From: an uncultured Verrucomicrobiae bacterium | GTDB taxonomy: Bacteria; Verrucomicrobiota; Verrucomicrobiia; Limisphaerales; UBA11358 | Reading direction: 5' to 3' | DNA length: 64,000 nt | Assembly (NCBI GenBank): GCA_963827815.1 | Contig: CAWHCL010000010.1 | Coordinates: 128,482 to 192,481, forward strand | Shown: piece after piece, positions 12,722 through 22,233 of the stretch | Position numbering within the stretch: the stretch's first letter is position 1 | How the letters are laid out: each line of letters opens with the position of its first letter | Notes under the pieces: model-generated | The model's database searches: none | What the model was told of the DNA's origin: nothing | The model's input: the letters and a program-made list of their open reading frames with translations, nothing else | Position numbers and translations under genes: made by a program

Positions 12722-13234
12722 TTACCTTGATTTGTCCGGATGAGTTTCCAGCGCCAATTCTTTGAGTGGCTGTTCAAGTAATTCCGCCAAAACTTCAATG
12801 ATTAACTCGTGATCGGTTCGCTGTGGCAGGCCGGAAACGGTGATCGTGCCGATGCAACCTGAGCCTTTCAATCTGATTGGAAAGCATCCGCCGTGCGGTG
12901 CGTAGTCGCGGTCGGTCACGTCAATTTTCTCGGCGAGTGTTGTCTTCTGCTGGCGCAATTCCAAACCTATCGCATAGGAACTGCGGTGAAAGTGCAGCAC
13001 CACATTGCGTTTGCGGCGTATCCAATCAATGTTGTCGGGCGTAGTGCCCGGCATGGCTGTGAAAAACAACTGATGTCCGTTCACAGTGATGTCAATCGCC
13101 ACGGCCAGTCCGCGTGACGCGGCAAGTGCCCGGAGGCGTGTTCCTACTGTCCATGCGGCGTTGGCGTCGAAACCGGGGAACAGAAGCCGTTCCTCCTGCC
13201 GTGCGACGCGTTCAATGTCTTGTTCGATGGCCAT
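12722..13234 (-). CDS. UPF0303 / heme-degrading-domain family protein
   Basis: ORF trimmed to the ATG at 13234 (MAIEQDIERVARQEE...). Contains ...NIDWIRRKRNVV..F..SSY... and GGCFPI...G.IGTITVSGLPQ..DHELI, which I recall as characteristic of this family. Confidence 0.65.
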   Translation of the reverse strand: MAIEQDIERVARQEERLLFPGFDANAAWTVGTRLRALAASRGLAVAIDITVNGHQLFFTAMPGTTPDNIDWIRRKRNVVLHFHRSSYAIGLELRQQKTTLAEKIDVTDRDYAPHGGCFPIRLKGSGCIGTITVSGLPQRTDHELIIEVLAELLEQPLKELALETHPDKSR

Positions 13235-13421
13235 TTTGTGATTTTGGCTGGGTTCCGATTTTTGTCCAGCGTTCTCACGGCACAAAGTTCAGCAGGAAAA
13301 GATTTTAACAACAAAGCAACCAAGTAACAAAATTCTGGGATAATTCCGGTTCAACCTTTGTTGCTTCGTTCCTTGGTTGTTTAATTTCTTGCCGGATTGC
13401 ATTACACCCGTGTTTTGCTCA

Positions 13422-13449
13422 TTGACAATGGGCGCGGACAAACCATACT
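13422..13449 (+). promoter_or_regulatory. sigma-70-like promoter candidate upstream of rpsU
   Basis: TTGACA at 13422-13427 and CATACT at 13444-13449, with a 16-nt spacer, about 60 nt upstream of the rpsU start. This is a pattern match only. Confidence 0.35.
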
Positions 13450-13507
13450 GCGCGCCCATTTTGAATTCGCGGAACGCCAGGTTCCGCTGGAAAGGAAGTG
13501 AGTTGCG

Positions 13508-13705
13508 TTGACCGAAATAAGATTGAAAAAAGGCGAACCGGTGGATCGTGCGTTGCGGCGGCTTAAGAAAAAAGTCGACCGCGAGGGCACGCTTAAAATC
13601 GTGCGCGGGCACCGGCATTTTGAAAAGCCGAGCGAGAGGCGCCGTCGTAAGGAAAAAGTAGCGCGGTTCTCCGCGATGCTCGCGGCGCGTTACGCGGATT
13701 TATAA
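13508..13705 (+). CDS. rpsU: 30S ribosomal protein S21
   Basis: 65 aa with a TTG start: (M)TEIRLKKGEPVDRALRRLKKKVDREGTLKIVRGHRHFEKPSERRRRKEK. Confidence 0.9.
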   Translation: MTEIRLKKGEPVDRALRRLKKKVDREGTLKIVRGHRHFEKPSERRRRKEKVARFSAMLAARYADL

Positions 13706-13721
13706 TTGATTGAATTGCAGG

Positions 13722-13758
13722 GCCGGGTGCGGTTGAATTGCAGCCGCGCCCGGCTTTT
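13722..13758 (+). terminator. Rho-independent terminator candidate downstream of rpsU
   Basis: Stem gccgggtgcgg (13722-13732) / ccgcgcccggc (13744-13754) with one mismatch, followed by ttttaatttt. Confidence 0.55.
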
Positions 13759-13779
13759 AATTTTGCCGGGCATTGAACT

Positions 13780-14694
13780 ATGTATTCGCTTTCGACCTGC
13801 TGGAATTCCCACCGCCATACGGACGGGCGCACGATGCTGCGCGAAATCCGCGACCTCGGCTTTGAATACGCGGAGTTGAGCCACGGCATCCGTGTGAGCC
13901 TCGTGCCGGGCATCCTCGACGCGGTCCAAGCGGGCGAAATCAAAATTTCCAGCTTGCACAATTTCTGTCCGCTGCCGCTTGGCGTCAATCACGCGGCGCC
14001 GAACCTCTACGAATTTTCCGACGAGCGCCCCCGCGAACGTGAACTGGCCATCAAGCACACGCTCAAGACATTTGATTTCGCCGGTCGAGTCCGGGCGCCG
14101 GTCGTTGTGCTGCATCTCGGTAGTATGGACCTGAAGGATTATACCGGAAAATTATGCACGATGCTCGAACGCGGCCAGCGGGCCACGCCCAAATACGAGA
14201 AGCTGTGCGCCGAAGCCGCCAGGGTGCGCGAGGCCAAAAAGGAGAAATTCGTCGAAAACGTCTATGACACGCTCCGGAAAATCCTGCCTGAAGCCGAAAA
14301 GCGCGGCCTCAAGCTCGGCTGCGAAAACCGGCAGGCGCTCGAGGAAATCCCGATTGAAAGCGATTTCCAGTTTCTCTTCCGCGAGTTGAACAGTCCGAAC
14401 CTCGTCTATTGGCACGATTGCGGCCACGCGCAAATCAAGGAGAACCTCGGCTTTATCCATCACGCGCTGCATCTGGAGTCGCTCGCGCCGCGGCTCGCCG
14501 GATTCCACGTTCATGACGTGATTTTTCCGGCCGGCGATCACGCTGCGCCGGGTACAGGTATGATTGATTACGCCACCCTCAAGCCGTTCGTGAAGCCGGA
14601 GCACATCAAGGTCTTTGAATTAAGCCCGTCCCTGCCGGTGGAAGCCGTCAAAAAAGGCATCGCGCACGTCAAATCAATTTGGGGCGGGGAATGA
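13780..14694 (+). CDS. sugar phosphate isomerase/epimerase (xylose-isomerase-like TIM barrel)
   Basis: 304 aa. Contains GFEYAELSH, VVVLHLG, GCEN and FHVHD motifs typical of the AP-endonuclease-2 / TIM-barrel family. Confidence 0.7.
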   Translation: MYSLSTCWNSHRHTDGRTMLREIRDLGFEYAELSHGIRVSLVPGILDAVQAGEIKISSLHNFCPLPLGVNHAAPNLYEFSDERPRERELAIKHTLKTFDFAGRVRAPVVVLHLGSMDLKDYTGKLCTMLERGQRATPKYEKLCAEAARVREAKKEKFVENVYDTLRKILPEAEKRGLKLGCENRQALEEIPIESDFQFLFRELNSPNLVYWHDCGHAQIKENLGFIHHALHLESLAPRLAGFHVHDVIFPAGDHAAPGTGMIDYATLKPFVKPEHIKVFELSPSLPVEAVKKGIAHVKSIWGGE

Positions 14695-14696
14695 AT

Positions 14697-15074
14697 TTAT
14701 TTTTCATGTTCGTGCCACTTCATTTCTTCACGCTTTTCAAAATGTCCGCCACAAGGACATTGTAAAACGTTGTCTCTATATTTAATTTGCCCGCACTTGG
14801 GACAAACAAGTTCGCGCCTCCCTCCAAATTCAAACCAATCCATTATTATTGCGGCAATGATACCCATGATAATTGCGCCTGGAATTCTGAACGGGACTTG
14901 ATCGAGTGGAACAAATATCTCGTCAGCCGGCCCCTGATAAGAACGGACATTTGAATGCATGAAGAGAGTCAATATCGCTGATATGGCGCCTATAATAAGT
15001 GCTTGTCTTACCCGCATAGAACGCCGTTGTTTTTTGACCTTAACTATTTCCTCAGGTGTTCGTTTGACCCACAT
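14697..15074 (-). CDS. hypothetical two-TM membrane protein with C-terminal zinc ribbon
   Basis: 125 aa. Two hydrophobic helices (ALIIGAISAILTLFM; GAIIMGIIAAIIM) and CPKCG...CPCGG. AT-richer than the flanks. Confidence 0.5.
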   Translation of the reverse strand: MWVKRTPEEIVKVKKQRRSMRVRQALIIGAISAILTLFMHSNVRSYQGPADEIFVPLDQVPFRIPGAIIMGIIAAIIMDWFEFGGRRELVCPKCGQIKYRDNVLQCPCGGHFEKREEMKWHEHEK

Positions 15075-15086
15075 GATTGCGAAAAG

Positions 15087-15296
15087 TTAAATCATCGGGC
15101 GCCTGGACTGTTTCTTCAGATAGTAGACAATCCGGATGGTTTTCCCCCCTTCGACAATCGGGACCACCGAGACCAGTTCCCAGCCGTCGCTGCCAAGCCC
15201 TTCCAGCACTGCCTCGTCGTGAAGCAGGCTCCTGTGACTGTCCTGATAATCCATCAGACGGATTTTGTATTCAAAATGGTTTGAGTTGGAGGACAT
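15087..15296 (-). CDS. DUF4177-like small protein
   Basis: 69 aa with ...VLEGLGSDGWELVSVVPIVEGGKTIRIVYYLKK. The GWELVSV core is what I recall for DUF4177. It lies immediately upstream of and co-directional with 14697..15074. Confidence 0.5.
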   Translation of the reverse strand: MSSNSNHFEYKIRLMDYQDSHRSLLHDEAVLEGLGSDGWELVSVVPIVEGGKTIRIVYYLKKQSRRPMI

Positions 15297-15423
15297 GAAC
15301 TATAATGTTTTTAAAAGCGGCCCGGACAATTACACAGCCAGGCGGCCCGGTCAATTTGAAAGCGGGAGGAATATTCATCTGTGGTTTCTTAATCTGGCCT
15401 TTGTGCTAGGCTGAAATCGCAAG

Positions 15424-16779
15424 ATGCCCGGCACAAAACCAGATTCGCCCAAAGAAACCGCCGTAGAGATCGCGCGCCGCCTGCAAGCGGCGGGATTCGC
15501 CGCGTTCTGGGTCGGCGGCTGCGTTCGCGATTTTCTGCTCGGACGCGAACCGCAGGATTACGACATCGCCACCGATGCCAAGCCGGAGCAGGTCGAAAAA
15601 CTTTTCAAGAAGACCATTCCCGTCGGTAGGAAATTCGGCGTGATGATTGTTGTTGAAAACAAACAGCAATTCCAGGTTGCCACGTTTCGGGCCGAGGCGG
15701 ATTACCGGGATGGCCGCCGGCCGGAGAAGGTGGTTTTTGCCAGCGCAGAGGCTGATGCGCTCCGCCGCGATTTCACCGTCAACGGGCTTTTTTACAATCC
15801 GGCCACGGAAAAAATCCACGACTGGGTCGGCGGCGAAAAGGATTTGCGCGCCAAAATCATCCGCACCATCGGCGCGCCGGAGGAACGCTTTGCCGAGGAC
15901 CACTTGCGACTGCTGCGCGCAGTGCGGTTTGCAGCGCAACTGGATTTTGAAATCGAGCCGGGGACTTTCGCCGCCATCAAATCGCACGCGCCGAAAATCA
16001 AGCTCATCAGCGCCGAGCGGATTCGTGACGAGCTGTTGAAATTATTTCAGCCGCCGCACGCGGCGCGGGGATTGGTTTTGCTGTGCGACAGCGGATTGCT
16101 GGAGCAGATTTTGCCGGAGCTGGCGGCGACGGTTTCCTGCGAGCAATCGCCGGATTATCACCCCGAAGGCAGCGTCTTTGAGCACATCAAGCTGATGCTG
16201 GAAAAATTGCCGTTGGGCGCGGATGAATCCCTGCCGTGGGCGGTTTTGTTCCATGACATCGCCAAACCGGTGACGGCGGAGCGCGATGCCGCGACCGGCG
16301 CGATCCATTTTTACGGCCACGAAAAGGTCGGCGCGGAAATGGCCCGGGCCATTTTGAACCGGCTGCGCTTTCCGAAAAGGCAGATTGATGAAATTGTTGC
16401 GTGCGTTCTGCATCACATGCAGTTCAAGGACGTGAAGCAGATGCGCAAGGCGACATTGCGCCGGTTGCTGCTGCGCGAGACGTTTCCGCTGGAGCTGGCA
16501 TTGCACCGGCTGGATTGCCTCGGCTCGCACGGCGATTTGGAGCTTTACGATTTTTTGATTCAGCAGGCGGAGGAATTGAAAAAGAAGCCGGCAATCCGTC
16601 CACCGCTGCTCACCGGCGAAGATTTGATCAAGCTCGGCATGAAACCGGGTCCGGCGATGGGCGCTCTACTGAACGAAATCCGTGAGAAGCAGCTTGCAGA
16701 TGAATTGAAAACGTCGCGTCAGGCAAAAGCATGGACAAAACGAAAAATCGGAAATCGGAAATCGGAAATCGGAAATTAG
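15424..16779 (+). CDS. cca: CCA-adding tRNA nucleotidyltransferase with HD domain
   Basis: 451 aa. Contains GG.VRD.LLGR...D.DIATDA, RRDFT.NGL, and a C-terminal HD domain (LFHDIAKP). Confidence 0.85.
   Translation: MPGTKPDSPKETAVEIARRLQAAGFAAFWVGGCVRDFLLGREPQDYDIATDAKPEQVEKLFKKTIPVGRKFGVMIVVENKQQFQVATFRAEADYRDGRRPEKVVFASAEADALRRDFTVNGLFYNPATEKIHDWVGGEKDLRAKIIRTIGAPEERFAEDHLRLLRAVRFAAQLDFEIEPGTFAAIKSHAPKIKLISAERIRDELLKLFQPPHAARGLVLLCDSGLLEQILPELAATVSCEQSPDYHPEGSVFEHIKLMLEKLPLGADESLPWAVLFHDIAKPVTAERDAATGAIHFYGHEKVGAEMARAILNRLRFPKRQIDEIVACVLHHMQFKDVKQMRKATLRRLLLRETFPLELALHRLDCLGSHGDLELYDFLIQQAEELKKKPAIRPPLLTGEDLIKLGMKPGPAMGALLNEIREKQLADELKTSRQAKAWTKRKIGNRKSEIGN
16749..16776 (+). repeat. Perfect 4x tandem heptamer CGGAAAT at the 3' end of cca
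   Basis: cggaaat at 16749, 16756, 16763 and 16770, encoding the ...IGNRKSEIGN tail. It ends at the cca stop, which overlaps the stop of the convergent DUF1080 gene. Confidence 0.8.
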
Positions 16780-17438
16780 TTCAGCGGCTCCAGATAAATT
16801 TTTCGGATTTCAAAATCCGCGCCTTCGCTTTGGATGCCGACAAAGCCTGATGAGACGGTGCATTCGGTGATTTCGTTCAGCAATTTACCGTTGATTATGG
16901 CTTTGACGTTGTTTCCGGCGCATATAGTCACGTTGGTGTCCCATTCGCCAACGGCATGTTCGTTCGATGCGCCGCGCAACGGAACCGGCGTGTTGGCGTC
17001 CTTGCCCAAAGCCAGATGCTCCTTGCATTCAGCACCAGCCATCACGAACAAATCGCCCTGCCGCCCGGACTTGCCCTGGTTCTGGACGCACATCGGCCAG
17101 ACTTTGTCCGGCAACTGCATGTGGACGAGTACGCCGGTGTTGTTGGCTTTCGGAGTGACTTTGCGGAAGCGCCATTCGACGGTGATCACGTAATTGCTGT
17201 AGCTCTGCTTGGTCCGCAAATAACCGATTGCCGAGCCGTTGCAATGGATGACGCCGTTGGTGACTTCCCAGGTCTGCATCGGCTCGGCGTCATTCCTCAT
17301 GCAAAAGGTTAGGCCATCGAAATTAGTGCCGTTGAAAAGTTCAATGTGGCTGGTTGGTGTGATGATGTCCTCCGCGGAAGCGAGTCCGAAAAACGCGAAA
17401 CAAATCAAAACTGCGGCGGTGGTTGAAAGTCTTTTCAT
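16776..17438 (-). CDS. secreted DUF1080 (3-keto-disaccharide hydrolase-like) protein
   Basis: Signal peptide, LFNGTNFDG..F, W.V.NGVIHC.G...GYLRT...Y.NY....EWR, and a C-terminal GFVGIQSEGA.FE.RKI.L. Confidence 0.7.
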   Translation of the reverse strand: MKRLSTTAAVLICFAFFGLASAEDIITPTSHIELFNGTNFDGLTFCMRNDAEPMQTWEVTNGVIHCNGSAIGYLRTKQSYSNYVITVEWRFRKVTPKANNTGVLVHMQLPDKVWPMCVQNQGKSGRQGDLFVMAGAECKEHLALGKDANTPVPLRGASNEHAVGEWDTNVTICAGNNVKAIINGKLLNEITECTVSSGFVGIQSEGADFEIRKIYLEPLN

Positions 17439-17446
17439 ATGTGGAA

Positions 17447-18112
17447 TTATTGCAGCGGTTCAATGGAGACTTTGCGAAGATCAAATGCGCCGCCTTCGCT
17501 TTGGATGCCGATGTAACCCGATGAAAAATCGCTGCCGGTGACTTTATTCATGGACTTGCCGTTGACGACGATTTCAACGGTGTTACTCCGGCAAATACAT
17601 TGGAACGTCGTCCATTCGCCGGGCGGACTTTCATTCGACGGCTGGAGCATTTTAATCCCGGTCTTCCCCATGTTGGCCGGCTCGCTGACGGTCGCGCCCC
17701 CGTGCAGCCAGAAGTCGCCCATGTGGTCGTGCATTCCCTGGCATTCGATGCAATGCCCCCAGATGTCTTTCGGGCTGGCGGCCGGATCGCGGTCCTGCAT
17801 GTAGACGAGGACACCGGTGTTCACCGGTTTCGGCGTGTCTTTTGCCAATCGCCATTCGGCGGTGACCACATAATTGCCCCAGTTTTGCAACGTCCGCATA
17901 TAGCCGGTCGGTTTGCCAGTGCAATGAACCATGCCGCCGGAAATGCTCCATGTCTGCATCGGGTCGGCGTTGGTCTTCATGTAAAATGTCCAGCCGTCAA
18001 AATTTGTGCCGTTGAAAAGTTCAACGTGGCTGGTCGGAGTGATGACATCCTGCGCGCTGACAATTCGGGCCAGCGTGACAGCAAGGCAGAATGAAATGGC
18101 GATGCCTTTCAT
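17447..18112 (-). CDS. secreted DUF1080 protein, tandem paralogue
   Basis: ORF trimmed to the ATG at 18112 (MKGIAISFCLAVTLA...). It has the same motif set as 16776..17438 (ITPTSH.ELFNGTNFDG.TF). Confidence 0.7.
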   Translation of the reverse strand: MKGIAISFCLAVTLARIVSAQDVITPTSHVELFNGTNFDGWTFYMKTNADPMQTWSISGGMVHCTGKPTGYMRTLQNWGNYVVTAEWRLAKDTPKPVNTGVLVYMQDRDPAASPKDIWGHCIECQGMHDHMGDFWLHGGATVSEPANMGKTGIKMLQPSNESPPGEWTTFQCICRSNTVEIVVNGKSMNKVTGSDFSSGYIGIQSEGGAFDLRKVSIEPLQ

Positions 18113-18144
18113 GCGAGCGAAAATGACGCCGCCGCTGCGGCAAG

Positions 18145-19169
18145 TCAAGCACACGGCTGAAGCTGTTTCCGCATCCGCTCAAAAACCATCGCGGGCGAAA
18201 TGGCGTTCAGACACTCGTTTGGTTTCTCATAGGTGCAATGTCCTTTGAAGCACGGCGAGCAGGGAAGTTCGATGCGCAGAACATTTTCAAGCTGGCCGTA
18301 AGGTCCTGTGCGGCGCGGTTCGGTCGGGCCGAACAGGGCGATGAGCGGTTTGCCGAGCGCGGCGGCCACGTGCATCGGGCCGGTGTCGTTGGTCACCATC
18401 AAATCGCAGAGTCGCAGCCACTCGACCATTTCCGGCAGGGAGGTTTCGCCGCATAAATTCAGGCACTGCTCCGGCGCTGCGCGTGAAATGATTTCGCCGA
18501 GCGGTCTGTCTTCCGAGTCACCGAGGATGGCGAAGCGCATGGTGGGATAATGTTTCGCGGCCAGGCGAACCAGTTCGGCAAAATTACCCGCTGGCCAGCG
18601 TTTGGTCTGCCAGCGCGCGCCGGGTTGAATCGCGATCCATGCGGAAATGTTCGGTTCGCCATTTTGATTTTACTTCGGCCGCAATTTGCGAGCCGTTCGG
18701 GCAGCCATTCAAAATTTTGTTGAACGGGCACGCCGAGTTTCGGCAGCACGGACAGATACCAGTCCACGGCGTGCGTGTGAAAAGTTTTCCGGGGAACGGC
18801 AGCGTCGTAAAATCCCCGCGCGCCTTCGCGGACTTCGTCCAGGCCGATGAGAAATTTGCCGTCGGCGAGCCAGGCGAACGCGCCGCTGCGCGCGAGGCAT
18901 TGCAGATCAATGACCAGATCGAAGTCTTGTTCGCGCAGCCAGCGGATGCTGCGGAGCATTTCCGGCCAGTGCCGCGGGGATTTCCAGCGTTTGCGTTCAA
19001 AGCGGACAATGCCGGTCAGATCGGGATCGCCTTCGAGCAGCGGCGCGAGCGCGGAATCAATCCACCAGAAAATCTCCGCGTCGCGGAAATGCAGTTTCAA
19101 CAAACGCAGCACCGGCAGCGCCTGAATCACGTCGCCGAGCGAACTGGGTTTGAGAATCAGGATTTTCAA
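18145..19169 (-). pseudogene. glycosyltransferase family 9 (LPS heptosyltransferase-like), frame-disrupted as assembled
   Basis: The N-terminal half (19169 down to ~18700: MKILILKPSSLGDVIQALP...) and the C-terminal half (...WIAIQPGARWQTKRWPAGNF...TNDTGPMHVAAALG...FGPT) are in different frames. The ~60 nt between them read best in the third frame (IAAEVKSKW). That implies two +1 shifts, or one -1 shift in the T4 run at 18662-18665. Confidence 0.75.
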
Positions 19170-19255
19170 ATGAAGAATTCAAGAATGAAGAATGTGGAAA
19201 CAAAAATGGCGCGCTCCGCGCAACTTCAAATTCTTCATCCTGCATTCTTCACTTC

Positions 19256-19980
19256 TTATCTTCCGTATTCCAGCCGTTCGGCGAGGCGTTCGGGCAGGCC
19301 GGCGGCGAGGATTTTTTTCTGGGTGGTGGCGATGTCGTATTCGAGCCGGCGGAGTTCAATCGTCCCGGCGTCCATGTCGTAAATGACGTAGGCGGCGCTG
19401 CGGATTGTTGTCGCGGGGCTGGCCGACGGCGCCGACGTTGACGAAATATTTTTTGGACGGGTCCACTTTGAATTTGGAATAGGTGCCGCCGCGCACGGCG
19501 GTGTCGCGCATGAAGGCGACGGGCACATGCGTGTGGCCGAAGAAGCAGACCTGCGTGTTTTGATACGGAAAACTGGCGGCGGCGGCGAGCTTGTCGAAGA
19601 CATAGCCCCAGCGTTCCGGCACGTCGAGCGTGGCGTGGACGATGGTGAAGTTGGCGACCATCTTGGTGTATTTGAGGTCGCGCAACCATTGTTTTTCCTC
19701 CTCGTCCAACTGCGCGCGCGTCCAGTGGACGGCGTCGGCGGCGGCGGGATTGAAGCCTTCGAGATGATCGTTCGGTGGAGCAGTATTCGTCGTGATTGCC
19801 CTTCACGCAGGGGATGTTCATGTCCCGGACGATTTTGAGGCATTCCTTGGGGTTGGCGTTGTAGCCGACGATGTCGCCGAGACAGACATAATGCGTCGGG
19901 TTCTGGCTGCGGGCGTCCTCCAGAATGGTCTGGAACGCTTCCAGATTGCCGTGAATGTCAGCTATGATGGCGAACTTCAT
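19256..19980 (-). pseudogene. calcineurin-like metallophosphoesterase (YfcE/MJ0936-like), two frameshifts as assembled
   Basis: The protein is split across three frames: MKFAIIADIHGNLEAF...GNHDEYCSTERS, then LEGFNPAAADAVHWTRAQLDEEEKQWL...FFGHTHVP...GAVGQPRDNNPQ, then AAYVIYDMDAGTIELRRLEYD. The junctions at ~19765 and ~19400 each behave as a single extra nucleotide. Confidence 0.75.
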
Positions 19981-20012
19981 TGCATTAATGAACTATCTCG
20001 AAACCGCGAAAT

Positions 20013-20285
20013 TCATTTTGCGCGGCGCTCCACGTCACATGTTTCGTCGCGGATGAAACATTTCAGCCCCGCGTCGCGAATGGCCGCGCGGAAGGCTTCC
20101 AGCTCTTCGCGCGCGCCTTCGGCGATCAATTCCACGCGGCCGTCGGATAAATTACGCACAATGCCGGAAATTTCAAATCCGGCGGCGACCGTTTTCGCGG
20201 TGTAACGAAACCCGACGCCCTGCACGTGGCCGGAATAAAAAACTCGCATGCGACAGCGGTTTGCGACTGGCACTTGTTCCGACAC
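20013..20285 (-). CDS. acyP: acylphosphatase
   Basis: Contains VFYSGHVQGVGFRY......G.V.N..DG.VE. The true start may be the internal ATG at 20249. Confidence 0.8.
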   Translation of the reverse strand: MSEQVPVANRCRMRVFYSGHVQGVGFRYTAKTVAAGFEISGIVRNLSDGRVELIAEGAREELEAFRAAIRDAGLKCFIRDETCDVERRAK

Positions 20286-20369
20286 GCGGGGATGAAGCCA
20301 GAGCCGGACGCCGGATGCAATGTTAAACTGGCGGCGGCGCTCGGGATATTCTTCAAGTTTTAGAGAATT

Positions 20370-20408
20370 CTATTTGACCGGCGGGAAAATTTCCGGTAGT
20401 CAAAATAG
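20370..20408. promoter_or_regulatory. 39-bp imperfect palindrome upstream of the pilus-like cluster
   Basis: ctatttgaccggcgggaaaatttccggtagtcaaaatag. The arms are CTATTTGAC / GTCAAAATAG around a gaaaatttc centre, about 65 nt upstream of the pilM-like start. Confidence 0.3.
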
Positions 20409-20471
20409 GCTGTCCACTTACAAACGGAAAAGTCCGGGCGTTTTTGCGGGCGGCGCGTGACGCGAACGGCA

Positions 20472-22233
20472 ATGTTGAACACAAAATCATTTCTGGCGGT
20501 GGATTTTGGGGCGGGCAGCCTCAAGCTCGCGGAATTTGAAACCAACGAGGCCGGCGGCTTGCGTCTCAAGACTTTTTCCATCAAGCCTCTCGGCCCCGAA
20601 GGCGCCCAGGAAGCCACGCGCGAAAAAATAATTCTCAAGGCGCTCCAGGAGACGCTCGTCGAAAAGGGAATCAAGGCGAAGGATGTCAATGTCTGCGCGC
20701 CGGGCTTCCACGTTTTTTCCAAATTCGTCAAGCTGCCGCCGGTGGATGCGAACAAGGTGACGCAAATCATCCAATACGAGGCGCAGCAGAACGTGCCGTT
20801 TCCGCTCGTCGGAAGTCGTCTGGGATTATCAGATCCTGGGTTCCGCGCCCGGTGGCGAACTCGAAGTGCTCCTGGTTGCCGTCAAGACCGAAATCGTCGA
20901 GGGCTTGTTCCGCGTAGCGGCGCAGTCGAAGCTGCGGCTCCAGTTGTGCGACGCCTCGCCGGCCGCCCTGTGCAACGCATTCCGTTACAATTATGGAGAT
21001 CTCGAAGACTGCACGATGCTGCTGGACATCGGCGCCAAGACCAGCAACCTGCTGTTCTTTGAAAAGGGGAAGGTCTTCTCGCGCAGCATCAACCTCGGCG
21101 CGAATGCCATCACCCAGGATTTTGCCAGCGAGGCGAAATTGAAATTTGAAGTAGCCGAGCAGATTAAGATCGCCGAGGGCTTCGTCAGTCTCGGCGGCGC
21201 TTACGAGGAGCCGGAAAATCCCAACCAGGCGGCCATCGCAAAAATTGCCCGGCAGTTCATGACCAAGCTCCACATCCAGGTCAACCAGACGATGCAGTTT
21301 TACCGCGGGCAGCAGGGCGGCTCTGCGCCGCAGCGGGTGTTCCTGTCCGGTGGCGCCTCCATCATGCCTTACACGGCCCAGTTCTTCGCGGAAAAGTTGA
21401 ACGTGCCGGTCGAATACTTCAACCCGTTCCGCAATGTCCAGATTGATCCGGCGGTGAATCTCGAGGAACTGGCTCGCGTGGCCCATTCTCTCGGCGAGGT
21501 CGTCGGGCTGGGGTTGCGCAATCTGGCGAACTGCCCCGTGGAGATGAATTTGATGCCGGATAGCACGCTGCGCTGGCGCGCGTTCAACGAAAAGAAGCCG
21601 TATTTCATGGCGACGTTTTTTCTGCTGGCGCTGGTCGCGGGGGCGATTGGGTTCCTGTTCCAAAAACTGGCGTCTGCCAAGGAAGACTCAATCAGTGATA
21701 TACAGCCGCAGGTTGAGGCGATTCAGTCCCAGGTGACAAGGATGAATTCGGCCAATGCCCAGCTTCTGACAACCTCAAACCAGTTGAGTCAAATCACGAC
21801 TTGGATGGAGGATCGGTATTACTGGGGTGATATCCTGGCGGAATGTCGCCGGGTTCTTATCCGCTCCGAGGACGAGGTCAGGAAAAAGTATGCAGCGCAA
21901 AAACTGGGGATGGAAGCTGGCATCTGGATCGATCAGATGACACTGGGAGCCGCAAGTCCTGCTCCCGGCGACACCAGCGCACCCCAGGCGGCGGCAGGCG
22001 GCACACCCGGTCAAATCAGCGCCATCACACTGGTCTGCCGCGCGGTGGATTTGTCGGGCATCGATTCCGCCGCCAACAACGAAATTGTCTATGCCGTCGA
22101 GCGCGAGTTGAAAGCCTCGCCGGTGTTTGACCCCAAATCGGTGCAGCCCTCTGCCCAGATTTCGCCGGTGGACCCCAACGGCACGTTCACTTTCACCATC
22201 ACCGTCTCGCCGCAGAACCCGCTGCAATTGTGA
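20472..22233 (+). pseudogene. pilM: PilM-PilN fusion protein of a type-IV-pilus-like system, one frameshift as assembled
   Basis: It starts with an actin-like PilM N-terminus (FLAVDFGAGSLKLAEF). The frame shifts at ~20808 (..NVPFPL|SEVVWDYQILGS..). The PilM body then continues without a stop into a PilN-like NLMPDS...TM helix and periplasmic domain. Confidence 0.75.

Noticed and set aside
20800-20815. Programmed ribosomal frameshifting or transcriptional slippage as the explanation for the interrupted genes
   Set aside because: There are too many sites (over 30) in unrelated genes. No shared slippery heptamer or downstream structure is evident, and both +1 and -1 events occur. Indel error or decay is the more economical explanation.
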